Source: an uncultured Veillonellaceae bacterium
GTDB taxonomy: Bacteria > Bacillota > Negativicutes > Selenomonadales > Selenomonadaceae
Direction: 5' to 3'
NCBI GenBank assembly: GCA_900315575.1
Contig: OMZR01000001.1
Coordinates: forward strand, 16,071-80,070
DNA length: 64,000 bases
In this document: positions 17,598-26,587 of the stretch, in pieces
How positions within the stretch are numbered: the stretch's first letter is position 1
Layout: each line of letters opens with the position of its first letter
The notes under the pieces: generated by a model
Told to the model about the DNA's origin: nothing
Database searches by the model: none
The model's input: only the letters and a program-made list of their open reading frames with translations
Program-made: the position numbers and the translations under genes

Positions 17598-18974
17598 TTA
17601 CTTTTTCGATTTTTCCTGCGCCGGCTTCACGCATGCTGCGAACACGACCTGGTTCGCGAGTACGTCGAAGTCGGCGTTGTTGATCTGGGCGGCGCGTTCG
17701 AGGTCGGCCCAGGCTGCTTTGTAGTCTTTCTGCTGGAGCTCGGCGACGGCGCGGGCGTTCTGTGCGGGCGCGTTCTGCGGGTTCTGGGCGAGCGCGCGGT
17801 CAAAGTCCGCGATGGCGTCTTTCTGCTTCTTGTTTTCGAGCTGCAAGAGGCCGCGGTTGTACCAGGCGGCTGCAGAGAAGTTCGGGTGTGCGGCGAGGAG
17901 GTCATCATAGGCTTTCTTCGCTGCCTTTTTGTCGTCCGTGCGCGTCAGCACGATGGCGAGGTCGTAGCGGGCGGCGGCATCGGCAGCGCGGCCGGACGAT
18001 GCACTGCCATCATAGTCGAGCGGCGCACCGTCCTGCAGCGTGTTCTGCGTGGCGCCCGCGAGGCGAACGGCCGTCTCGAAATCGCCCTGCGCTTGCGCGA
18101 GGTTGCCGCGCTTTTCCGAGACGATGCCGCGATAGAGGTAGCCCGCGGGCTCGTCGGGCGCCTGACGGACTTTCTTTTCGGCCGCTGCGAGTGCGGCGTC
18201 GCTGGCGTCCGGCGCTTTCGCGGCGGCCCAGAGGCGCAGGATGTCCTGCCCGTACGTTTTGCCCGGCACGGCCCAGATGCCGTTGAGCCCCGTCCAGCGC
18301 GTGACGCTGCCGTGGATGTCGGGGCGGTTCTCTACGATCAGCGTGTAGCGCGGATCAACGATGGCTGTATGCGGGCGCTCCTTTGAGGCATAGGCGAGCA
18401 GGTGCTGGATGTGTGCGCGCACGCCGAGCTGCGGCGTCTGGAAAGCTGCGCCGCGCACGCCGCCGCCGGTCGTGCCGAGGCCGCAGAAATTGTTCTGGCT
18501 CGGCACGACGTCGCCGCCATAGGCGAAGAAGCCCGTTTCTTTCAGCGCCTGGCAGAGCGCGATGTCGGGCCGGATGCCCTCGCGGCCGGCTTCTTCGTAG
18601 TAATAGCGCACGATGTCGGCGACGGTGCAATTGAGCTTTGGGCTCGGGTTGCGCCGCGTGATGTAAGCAGCCATCTGCTCCTGCGTCGCCTCGGCCGCGC
18701 CGAAGATCGTGACAGTCTCGGGCGCCGCGTCCTCGGGCAGCAGCAGTTCGTCATAGGCTGGCGTCAGACGCCACTCTACGCCTTCGATGGCCTTCTTGTT
18801 GAGCTCGCCCGGCAGCTCCGCGCCAAAGTCGGGGCGTGCAATCGTGACGTTGCCTGCAATCGGGCGTTCGGCGATTTCAGAGACGGTGGGAGCGGACGCC
18901 GCAAAGGCTGACGGCAGGGGGAACAGGACACTCGCACAGAATGCGGCGAGTGAAAGGATGGCATATTTCTTCAT
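17598..18974 (-). CDS. exported glucosaminidase-domain (FlgJ/mannosyl-glycoprotein endo-beta-N-acetylglucosaminidase-like) protein with C-terminal TPR repeats
   Basis: Signal MKKYAILSLAAFCASVLFPLPSAFA. ALCQALKETGFFAYGGDVVPSQNNFCGLG. C-terminal TPR-like AAWYNRGLLQLENKKQKDAIADFDRALAQNPQNAPAQNARA. Confidence 0.75.
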   Translation of the reverse strand: MKKYAILSLAAFCASVLFPLPSAFAASAPTVSEIAERPIAGNVTIARPDFGAELPGELNKKAIEGVEWRLTPAYDELLLPEDAAPETVTIFGAAEATQEQMAAYITRRNPSPKLNCTVADIVRYYYEEAGREGIRPDIALCQALKETGFFAYGGDVVPSQNNFCGLGTTGGGVRGAAFQTPQLGVRAHIQHLLAYASKERPHTAIVDPRYTLIVENRPDIHGSVTRWTGLNGIWAVPGKTYGQDILRLWAAAKAPDASDAALAAAEKKVRQAPDEPAGYLYRGIVSEKRGNLAQAQGDFETAVRLAGATQNTLQDGAPLDYDGSASSGRAADAAARYDLAIVLTRTDDKKAAKKAYDDLLAAHPNFSAAAWYNRGLLQLENKKQKDAIADFDRALAQNPQNAPAQNARAVAELQQKDYKAAWADLERAAQINNADFDVLANQVVFAACVKPAQEKSKK

Positions 18975-19049
18975 GGAATCGAGTCTCCTATCTTGAAGTT
19001 ATCCATATGCGGATATTGCATCTTTTTCGGAACTATCGTATAATAAACA

Positions 19050-19146
19050 CAGAAACAGGCACCGTCCCGACGGCGCCCTCATAGATTTAACACGGTAAGA
19101 CCGCCTCTACAAGTTCGCAGCAAGGAGAGGCGGTTACTTCTTTTTC
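19050..19146 (+). ncRNA. candidate orphan small transcript (promoter plus intrinsic terminator, no ORF)
   Basis: TTGCAT (19016..19021), 17 nt, TATAAT (19039..19044). Then a 9-bp hairpin ACCGCCTCT/AGAGGCGGT (19100..19134) followed by TACTTCTTTTT. There is no ATG-initiated ORF between them. Confidence 0.25.
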
Positions 19147-19382
19147 GTTTCTATGAGAATCAACCAAAGGACGATAAGCGCCACAATCAATTGCTCCATA
19201 GGCGTTGCCCCCAATCCGAGGGCCAAGTTTTGCCGCCAAAACGATGCCTGCGTTTCTATCTTATCACAAATCGCGTCTTCTCTACAAGGGAAGGCGTTTC
19301 TTTTGTTGTGGACGTATTTTGGGGCATGTGATAGAATGCAAGAAAGAAGAAAAAACAGGAAGTTCGAAGGGAGCGTTCTTTC

Positions 19383-20369
19383 ATGGAAAGCAAGACGAAG
19401 CTGCGCTGGGCGACGCTCGGCGTCGGGGTCATCGGTCATCAGCTCGCGGATGCGATGCAGGCGCTCGGCGGCAATCTCTACGCTGTCGGCAACCGCACGC
19501 ATGAGAAGGCGGTCGCCTTTGCAAAGGAATATGGCATCGGCAAGGTCTACGACCATCCCGAGGACATGTTCGAAGACCCCTCCGTCGACATCGTCTACAT
19601 CTCGACGCCGCACAACACGCATATAAAGTACCTGCGGCAGGCGCTCGCGGCGGGCAAGCATGTGCTCTGCGAGAAATCGATCACGCTGAACAGCGCCGAG
19701 CTCGAAGAGGCCGTTGCTCTTGCCGAGGCGCATCACGTCGTGCTCGCCGAAGCGCAGACGATCTACCACATGCCGATTTACCGCAAGCTCGCCGAGGCGA
19801 TGGCCGAGGGCAAGTTCGGCCCGCTCAACGTCATCACGATGAATTTCGGCAGCTACAAAGACTACAATATGAAGAACCGCTTCTTCAACCGCAATCTCGC
19901 GGGCGGCGCGATGCTCGACATCGGCGTCTACGCGCTCTCGTTCGTGCGCTGGTTCATGAGCTCGTGCCCAACAGAGCTGCTGACGCAGGTGAAATACGCC
20001 GAGACTGGCGTCGACGAGCAGGCGAGCCTGCTGCTCAAGAACAAGGAGGAGCAGATGGCGACCGTCATGCTCTCTCTTCACTCGAAGCAGCCGAAGCGCG
20101 GCACGCTCTCGTTCGACAAGGCGTATGTCGAGCTCTTTGAATATCCGCGCGGCGACAAGGCTGTCATCACCTGGACGGAAGACGGCCGCAAGGAAGAAGT
20201 CCTCGCGGGCAGCACGGCCGAAGCGCTCCAGTACGAAGTGCTCGACATGGAGAAGGCCGTCGCAGGCGATCCGTCCGTCATGCACCTCGACTACACACGC
20301 GACGTCATGAAGCTCATGACGAAGGCGCGGGAAGTCTGGGGCATGAAGTACCCGGAGGAAGAAGCATGA
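19383..20369 (+). CDS. Gfo/Idh/MocA family oxidoreductase
   Basis: LRWATLGVGVIGHQLA Rossmann N-terminus, VYISTPHNTHIKYLRQALAAGKHVLCEKSITL. Confidence 0.85.
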   Translation: MESKTKLRWATLGVGVIGHQLADAMQALGGNLYAVGNRTHEKAVAFAKEYGIGKVYDHPEDMFEDPSVDIVYISTPHNTHIKYLRQALAAGKHVLCEKSITLNSAELEEAVALAEAHHVVLAEAQTIYHMPIYRKLAEAMAEGKFGPLNVITMNFGSYKDYNMKNRFFNRNLAGGAMLDIGVYALSFVRWFMSSCPTELLTQVKYAETGVDEQASLLLKNKEEQMATVMLSLHSKQPKRGTLSFDKAYVELFEYPRGDKAVITWTEDGRKEEVLAGSTAEALQYEVLDMEKAVAGDPSVMHLDYTRDVMKLMTKAREVWGMKYPEEEA

Positions 20370-21007
20370 TCTATGTCGTCCCGGTGCAGGGGCCGATTCT
20401 CACGAATTCGTATCTTTATGCGGACGATGCGACGCAGCATGCATTCGTCATCGACCCGGGATTCGAGCCGGAGCGCATCGTCGCGGCCGTGCGCGACAAG
20501 GGGCTGACGGTGGAGCGCGTTCTCGTGACGCACGGCCATTTCGACCATATCGGCGCGGCGCGCGACGTCGCGCAGACGCTCGGCGTGCCGATCTGCGCAG
20601 GCGAGCGCAGCCGAAAATATTTCAGAGATCCGACATACAACCTCTCGCGCCAGTTCCTCCCGCCCGACGGTTTCACGATTCCTGAGGACGAGGTCACGTT
20701 CCTCGCGGATGACGCGGTGATTTCGCTGTCAGAGGGCAGCCTCGCGCTGCGCCTCGTCCCGACGCCCGGGCATACGGAGGACGGCGTGATGTATGTCGCA
20801 GAGACGGAGCCGCATCTCGCGTTTGTCGGCGACACGATTTTCCTCGCGAGCTACGGCGCGACGCATTTCCCCGGCGGCGACGAGCGGACACTGCTCGCGA
20901 GCATCAAAGAGCGCATCCTGACGCTGCCCGACGATACGTATCTCCTCTCCGGCCACAGCGAGCCGACAACGGTCGGTGCAGAAAAGGGGCGGAGCTGGTA
21001 TCGGTGA
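20366..21007 (+). CDS. MBL-fold metallo-hydrolase (glyoxalase II-like)
   Basis: VLVTHGHFDHIGAA, TPGHTEDGVMY, LSGHSEPTTVG. Its ATG overlaps the upstream stop (ATGA). Confidence 0.85.
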   Translation: MIYVVPVQGPILTNSYLYADDATQHAFVIDPGFEPERIVAAVRDKGLTVERVLVTHGHFDHIGAARDVAQTLGVPICAGERSRKYFRDPTYNLSRQFLPPDGFTIPEDEVTFLADDAVISLSEGSLALRLVPTPGHTEDGVMYVAETEPHLAFVGDTIFLASYGATHFPGGDERTLLASIKERILTLPDDTYLLSGHSEPTTVGAEKGRSWYR

Positions 21008-21034
21008 AAAAGTGGCATGGAAGGGGACTGTCCT

Positions 21035-21919
21035 ATGCATATTTCAGCAGAGAATGCTTCATATTATGACCAGCTGATTGCCGCGTCGCCGGAGCTTTCG
21101 GGGAACCTCGATGCATGGCAGGCGTATCAGCAGCTGCACGCAAGGTATCATGCGTTCCTGGAAGGTCTTCCAAAGAGAAGTGTCCGCGAGGGGGGGACGC
21201 CAAAGGCCATCTGGTGGTGCTGGCTGCAGGGAGCCGAGAGCGCTCCACCGCTTTGTCAGGCTTGTTTCGATTCGCTCATGCGGAACATGCCGGACGATTG
21301 GCAGATCTTCATCATCACGGAGGCGAACTATCACGAGCTCGTCACATTGCCGTCGTTCATCGAGCAGAAATATAGGAAGGGCATCATCTCACGGACGCAT
21401 TTCTCTGACATACTGCGTCTCGCGCTTCTGACACGGTATGGCGGTGCTTGGATCGATGCGACGGTGTACTGCAGCGAAGATGCTGGGGACTTCCTTGCAG
21501 CGCAGCCGCTCTTTGCGTATCAGCATATCTGGCGCGGGAGCCCCGGCATTCCCGCATCGAACTGGCTCATTTCCGCTGTGCCGCATCATCCCATTCTGGA
21601 GGCGACACAATCATTGCTCTGCCATTTCTGGCAAGAAAATGATGTGTTGCCGAACTATTTCCTGTTCCACCTGCTTTGGAAGATGGCCGCAGAGAAATAT
21701 CCGATGCTTTGGCATCAGATGCCGCGCTATTCCAATGTTCCGCCACATTTTTTGCAGATGGAGCTTTTGGATCCATATACGGAGGAGCGAAAAGAACAGA
21801 TCTTCCGCATGTCGCGCTTCCACAAGCTGACGTATCATCTGCCAGCTTTGACAGAAGCACAGCTGCGGGGCACGTTCCTCGAAAAAATCCTTGCATCGCG
21901 CGAAAAGTTGCGGGGATGA
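21035..21919 (+). CDS. capsular polysaccharide synthesis protein family (Caps_synth-like glycosyltransferase)
   Basis: IWWCWLQGAESAPPLCQACFDSL ... GIISRTHFSDILRLALLTRYGGAWIDATVYC. RBS GAAGGGGA lies upstream of the ATG at 21035. Confidence 0.7.
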   Translation: MHISAENASYYDQLIAASPELSGNLDAWQAYQQLHARYHAFLEGLPKRSVREGGTPKAIWWCWLQGAESAPPLCQACFDSLMRNMPDDWQIFIITEANYHELVTLPSFIEQKYRKGIISRTHFSDILRLALLTRYGGAWIDATVYCSEDAGDFLAAQPLFAYQHIWRGSPGIPASNWLISAVPHHPILEATQSLLCHFWQENDVLPNYFLFHLLWKMAAEKYPMLWHQMPRYSNVPPHFLQMELLDPYTEERKEQIFRMSRFHKLTYHLPALTEAQLRGTFLEKILASREKLRG

Positions 21920-21954
21920 CGGACGCAGCTTCTGAAATCTATGGAGGAAAGCGT

Positions 21955-23620
21955 ATGAAGAAGAAACATTCCAAGCCAGCGGGGCAGGCAAAGGTCCGCC
22001 GCATTGGCAAGGTGCTGCTGGACGCAACACAGGATCGTTCGCGCGATCAGTATAGCGACGGCGACATCGAGGCGGAGCTGCTTGCAGCTGTCCGTGCGGG
22101 GCGGCAGGATGAGATGCTGCGTCAGGATACGCGTTGGCCGGTGCTGTATCATTTTTCCGAGGAGCGGCAGAACGTTCTTTCGTGGCTGCCGCTGACGAAA
22201 GAGGAAGACGTTCTTGAGATCGGTTGCGGCTGCGGCGCGGTGACGGGGGCGATCTGCCGCCGTGCCGGGCATGTTGATGCCGTGGAGATTTCGCCGCGCC
22301 GTGCGGAGATCGCGGCCTGGCGCAACAAAGACTGTGCGAACCTCGTCATCCATGTCGGAAATCTCAATGACCTCGCGTTCGAACGGAAATATGATGTCGT
22401 CACGCTGATCGGCGTGCTCGAGTATGCCGGGACGTTCACGCATACGGCCGATCCCTATCATGATTTCCTCGCGCAGTGCCAGTCGTATCTGAAGCCTGGC
22501 GGCCGCCTCGTCATTGCGATCGAGAACCGCCTCGGCATGAAGTATTGGTCGGGTGCGCATGAAGACCACACGGGCCGCCGTTTTGACGGCATTCTGGATT
22601 ATCCGTGGGGGGGGAGACATCCGTACGTTTTCGCGGAAAGAGCTCTCTGGCCTGCTTGCGGGCGCTGGCTTTCCCATGCAGCAATGGTACTACCCATTCC
22701 CTGACTATAAGCTTCCGTTCGAGATCCATTCCGACCGCTTTTTACCGACGCCAGAAGAAATGAAGAGCTATGGGAACGCGACATTTGATGCTGACCGTTG
22801 GGAGGTCTTTTCGGAGCAAGCGGCACTGGCGAGCGTGATTCCTGCGGGGCTTTATCCGGAGTTTGCGAATTCATTCCTTGTCGTGTGCTCAGCTGATCGA
22901 CTGGATGAGGAGGCATTGCCTTGCTACGTTCATTTCGCGAAGAACCGCCCAAAAGCCTATCGCATTGGGACAGCCGTTTATGAGCAGGCGGGAACGCGGC
23001 GCGTGGAAAAATTCGCACGGACGCTAGAGGCACGTGCGCATCTTGCAGCCATTGCAGAAAATGGTGTTGCCCTTGAGGCACTTTATGGAAAAGAGATGGT
23101 GGCGGCTTCTCGACTGCGTTCGTCAGATGTGCTTGTCTGTGATTATGCCGAAGGGATGTCGTTTACGTCGTTTTGTCTGCAATCCATCCGAGAGAGAGGC
23201 CTGGATGGGTTTCTTGACTGCTTGAATTTTTTTGCGGCATATCTTGTGCGGGGCAGTGAGACGCCTGTGCCGACGGGGATGGGCTGGCATCAGCCCGGAC
23301 GCCGCTACGATGTCGACCTGACGTTTGACAATGTCATCGTGCAGGGAGGATCTCTTAAGATTATCGATTATGAGTTTCTTGGGCAGCAACGCTGCCAGCT
23401 TTATGCAATCCTCCATGCACTGGCTGTTTTCCGTGAACGTTATGAATCCGTTTGGCTCTCGATGGGGCTCGATTTAGAAATGAAGTATTTTCGGGAGGCG
23501 TATCAGGTAACGCAGACAGAGTGGGAGGCGTTTTATCGTGATGAGAGCGCCTTTTACGCAGGCCTTTATGAGTCCATTATGGCACGCTACAAGCGTGAGC
23601 GAAGGCCGTGGCAGCCGTGA
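21955..23620 (+). pseudogene. class I SAM-dependent methyltransferase with large C-terminal domain, split into two frames at a G8 tract (phase-off state or assembly error)
   Basis: The first frame gives VLEIGCGCGAVTG ... YLKPGGRLVIAIENRLGMKYWSGAHEDHTGRRFDGILDYPWGG, then junk and a stop at 22704. The second frame continues with GDIRTFSRKELSGLLAGAGFPMQQWYYPFPDYKLP... to 23620. Confidence 0.8.
22607..22614 (+). repeat. homopolymeric G8 tract at the methyltransferase frameshift
   Basis: atccgtggggggggagac, with eight G counted across 22607..22614. Confidence 0.95.
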
Positions 23621-23724
23621 TCGGGCGGCCAGAAGGGATTGCAGGATCGATATATTTCTAGTATCATAGACCTCGACGGTACGCATGAAACCGGTGCGAC
23701 TGTACAAAGGAGGTCTATGGAAAA

Positions 23725-24012
23725 ATGAACAAACATTGGTCACCATATGAAAAATACCGGCAGGTGCGGAAAGAGGCAAAGGCGACGGGCGGGCTGCTCG
23801 TGCTTTTGATTCTCTTCTGGTGCTTTGCCGGTTTTGGTCTGTCTGGGGTGGATGTGGAGATTTTCGGCCTGCCGCTCTGGGCGGTGATGGGATCGGTCGG
23901 CGTCTGGGCATTTGCCATCATCGGCGTCTGCCTGCTCGTGCGCGGCGTGTTCTGCGACATGCCGCTTGACGAATCGGACGATGATACGGCGGAAGGGGGC
24001 GCGGCGAAATGA
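23725..24012 (+). CDS. YhdT-like small membrane protein (DUF997), panF partner
   Basis: Two TM helices. Its stop overlaps the start of the following SSS symporter, as in yhdT-panF pairs. Confidence 0.7.
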   Translation: MNKHWSPYEKYRQVRKEAKATGGLLVLLILFWCFAGFGLSGVDVEIFGLPLWAVMGSVGVWAFAIIGVCLLVRGVFCDMPLDESDDDTAEGGAAK

Positions 24013-25505
24013 CGGCGATTCCACAGACGGGCGGCAATCTCTTTGCGCTCGTTCCTCTTTTGCTCTTCATGGCGTTCATGGTGGCGATTGGCTTCTGGGT
24101 GCGGTCGCGCGCCGAACGCGGCGATTTTGCCTCGCAATATTTCATCGGCAACCGCAAGCTTGGCGGCTTCGTGCTTGCGATGACGACGGTCGCGACGTAC
24201 AGCTCGGTTTCGTCGTTCGTCGGCGGGCCGGGCATGGCGTGGAAAATCGGGTTCGGCTGGATTTACATGGCCGTCGTGCAGGTCACGGCCATCTTCCTCG
24301 TGCTCGGCATCTTCGGCAAGCGCGTGGCGCTGCTGTCGCGAAAATTCCATGCCGTGACAGTTGTCGACATCATCCGCGAGCGGTTCGAGTCGAACGGCCT
24401 CGCGGCGCTCGCGGCGTTCATCATCGTGCTGTTCTTCTGCGGGACGATGACGGCGCAGTTCGTCGGCGGCGCGCGGCTGTTCGCGGCGGCGACGGGGTAC
24501 AGCTACGAAATGGGGCTGTTGCTGTTCGGCCTCGTCGTCGTGCTCTACACGAGCATCGGCGGTTTCCGCGCCGTGGCGCTCACCGATACGTGCTGCGCCA
24601 TTATGATGATGATCGGCATCGTGCTGCTGCTGTACTATGTGCTGCAGGCAGGTGGTGGCTATACCGCGATTATGAACGGGCTGCATGTGGGGCATCCCGA
24701 GCTTTTCGACCCGCTGTCGGCCGGGCACATGCCGGTCGGTCTCTACCTCACGCAGTGGATTCTCGTCGGCATCTGCACGATTGCGCTGCCGCAGTCGGTC
24801 GTGCGCGGCATCAGCTACAAGGATACGCGGAGCCTGCACCGCGCGATGCTGATCGGCACGATTGTCGTCGGCTTCATGAATATCGGCGTGAATTTCACGG
24901 GCATCCTCGCGCACGGCGTACTGACGCAGCCCGAGAGCGCGTATGGCAGCGTGGACAACATCATCCCGCTGACGATTGCGCAGGCCATCCCGCAGGAACT
25001 CGTCGGCCTCGCGATCATCGGGCCGCTCGCGGCATCGATTTCGACGATTTCGGGTCTGCTGATCGTCGCGTCGTCAGCCATCGTCAAAGACGTCTATCTG
25101 CACAGCAAGCTCGCAAAGGGCGAGAGCGTGCCCGACGCGCGGCTCCGCCGCCTCTCGGTCGTCACGACGGCCGTCATCGGCGTCATCGTGTTCGTCATCG
25201 CCATGACGCCGCCGAGCCTCATCTGGATCATCAACATGTTCGCGTTCGGCGGGCTTGAGACGGCGTTCTTCTGGACGCTGCTGCTCGGCCTCTATTGGAA
25301 AAAAGCGAACCGCGCGGGTGCCATCCTCTCGATGGCGGGCGGCACGATCGCCTACTGCGCGACGCAGGCCATGGGCTTCAAAGTCATGGGCCTGCACCAG
25401 ATCACGATCGGTATCACCGTGTCGCTCGTGCTGTTCCTCGTGGGCTCGTACGTCGGGAAGCCGAGCGGGAAACGCGTGATGGACGTGTTCTTCCCCGAGA
25501 AATAA
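24009..25505 (+). CDS. panF: sodium/pantothenate symporter (SSS family)
   Basis: Polytopic. YFIGNRKLGGFVLAMTTVATYSSVSSFVGGPGMAWKIGFGWIY, followed by SSS-family topology. yhdT context. Confidence 0.75.
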   Translation: MTAIPQTGGNLFALVPLLLFMAFMVAIGFWVRSRAERGDFASQYFIGNRKLGGFVLAMTTVATYSSVSSFVGGPGMAWKIGFGWIYMAVVQVTAIFLVLGIFGKRVALLSRKFHAVTVVDIIRERFESNGLAALAAFIIVLFFCGTMTAQFVGGARLFAAATGYSYEMGLLLFGLVVVLYTSIGGFRAVALTDTCCAIMMMIGIVLLLYYVLQAGGGYTAIMNGLHVGHPELFDPLSAGHMPVGLYLTQWILVGICTIALPQSVVRGISYKDTRSLHRAMLIGTIVVGFMNIGVNFTGILAHGVLTQPESAYGSVDNIIPLTIAQAIPQELVGLAIIGPLAASISTISGLLIVASSAIVKDVYLHSKLAKGESVPDARLRRLSVVTTAVIGVIVFVIAMTPPSLIWIINMFAFGGLETAFFWTLLLGLYWKKANRAGAILSMAGGTIAYCATQAMGFKVMGLHQITIGITVSLVLFLVGSYVGKPSGKRVMDVFFPEK

Positions 25506-25555
25506 AGAGAGAAAGAGAAGGCGCTGCGATCGCAGCGCCTTCTCTTTCTCTCTCT

Positions 25556-26215
25556 TCACTCTTCTTTCTTGAACTTCAGCCCCGCCGTCATGAGCTTGAT
25601 GGAGGCGATGAGGCATTCTTCGGCGGTCGGGTGGTTTTCGGCCGTGCTGCCGATGGCTTCGAAGATGGCTTTGAGCTGGTTCGGATGCGGCTCGAGGATC
25701 GGGTAGATGCTCGCAAAATACGAGATCATCGTGAAGGTGAACGTATCGAACAGCATGTCGTCGGCTACGGAGCACTGGCTGCGCAGCAGATTCTTGACGG
25801 TCGGAAAGACCTGGAGCATCACGCGGTTGAACGCGACGAGGTTTTCGTAGCGGACGTTTTCTTCGAGCACGGTGTGGCGCAGGGAGAACAGCCGCAGCGT
25901 CGCCTTGTGCTCGATGAAGTGGTGCGCGACACGGCGGCAGAATTCGTCGCGCGTGAAGAGCTTTCCAGGCGGGAACAGCTGGTCGATGGATTCGTAGAAC
26001 TCTTTGAATTTGGCCGAGAGCAGGTCCAAGAGCACTTCTTCGCGCGTCTGATAATAGGTGTAGATCGTCTGGCGCGTGAATGAAACATCTTTCGCGATGC
26101 GGCTGAATGTCACGTCCTCAAGACAACCTTCATTGAAGAGGCGATCGGCTGCTGTGAGGATTTCTCGCCGCCGATCCTCGATCTGTTCTTTCTTTCGTGC
26201 TCGCTGGAATGTCAT
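25556..26215 (-). CDS. TetR/AcrR family transcriptional regulator
   Basis: N-terminal HTH: RRREILTAADRLFNEGCLEDVTFSRIAKDVSFTRQTIYTYYQTREEV. Confidence 0.9.
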   Translation of the reverse strand: MTFQRARKKEQIEDRRREILTAADRLFNEGCLEDVTFSRIAKDVSFTRQTIYTYYQTREEVLLDLLSAKFKEFYESIDQLFPPGKLFTRDEFCRRVAHHFIEHKATLRLFSLRHTVLEENVRYENLVAFNRVMLQVFPTVKNLLRSQCSVADDMLFDTFTFTMISYFASIYPILEPHPNQLKAIFEAIGSTAENHPTAEECLIASIKLMTAGLKFKKEE

Positions 26216-26443
26216 AAAAAGGCCTCATTTCTCGGAGCCTCCGGCCACCCGCCGAAGTTCTTGGAATCGATTTCTTGAACATTGAACAAACATATTTCCT
26301 GTTCATAGTATAGTATGGATACTTGCAGAGCGCAAGATATGATTGCAAGAGCCTGGAACGTTTCCAGTTTTCTTCCAGCTGTTTTTGAACGCCTGTTAAA
26401 TATCATCACGTCAATTATTAATGGACAAAATGCAGATTACTAA

Positions 26444-26472
26444 TTGACAACGTGCAAATAGTGATGTATACT
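26444..26472 (+). promoter_or_regulatory. sigma-70-type promoter of the SLH outer-membrane protein gene
   Basis: TTGACA (26444..26449), 17 nt, TATACT (26467..26472). It is immediately followed by TTGAC-TT-GTCAA and a GTCAAGAG direct repeat. Confidence 0.6.
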
Positions 26473-26587
26473 TTGACTTGTCAAGAGGTCAAGAGAGAGG
26501 CCGCAAGGAAACATGGACACTTCGGAAACTCGATCGGACACCTCCTTGGCACAACGGTTTTTCGTGATTCCAAAGGAGGAAATCATC

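Noticed and set aside
19134-20285. 383-aa minus-strand ORF
   Set aside because: It is antisense to the Gfo/Idh/MocA oxidoreductase gene, has an Arg/Leu/Asp-rich composition, and extends into an intergenic region without an RBS.
23715-25258. 399-aa minus-strand and 448-aa plus-strand off-frame ORFs across yhdT/panF
   Set aside because: Both are Arg/His/Asp-rich artefacts. The panF frame gives a continuous polytopic SSS-type membrane protein.
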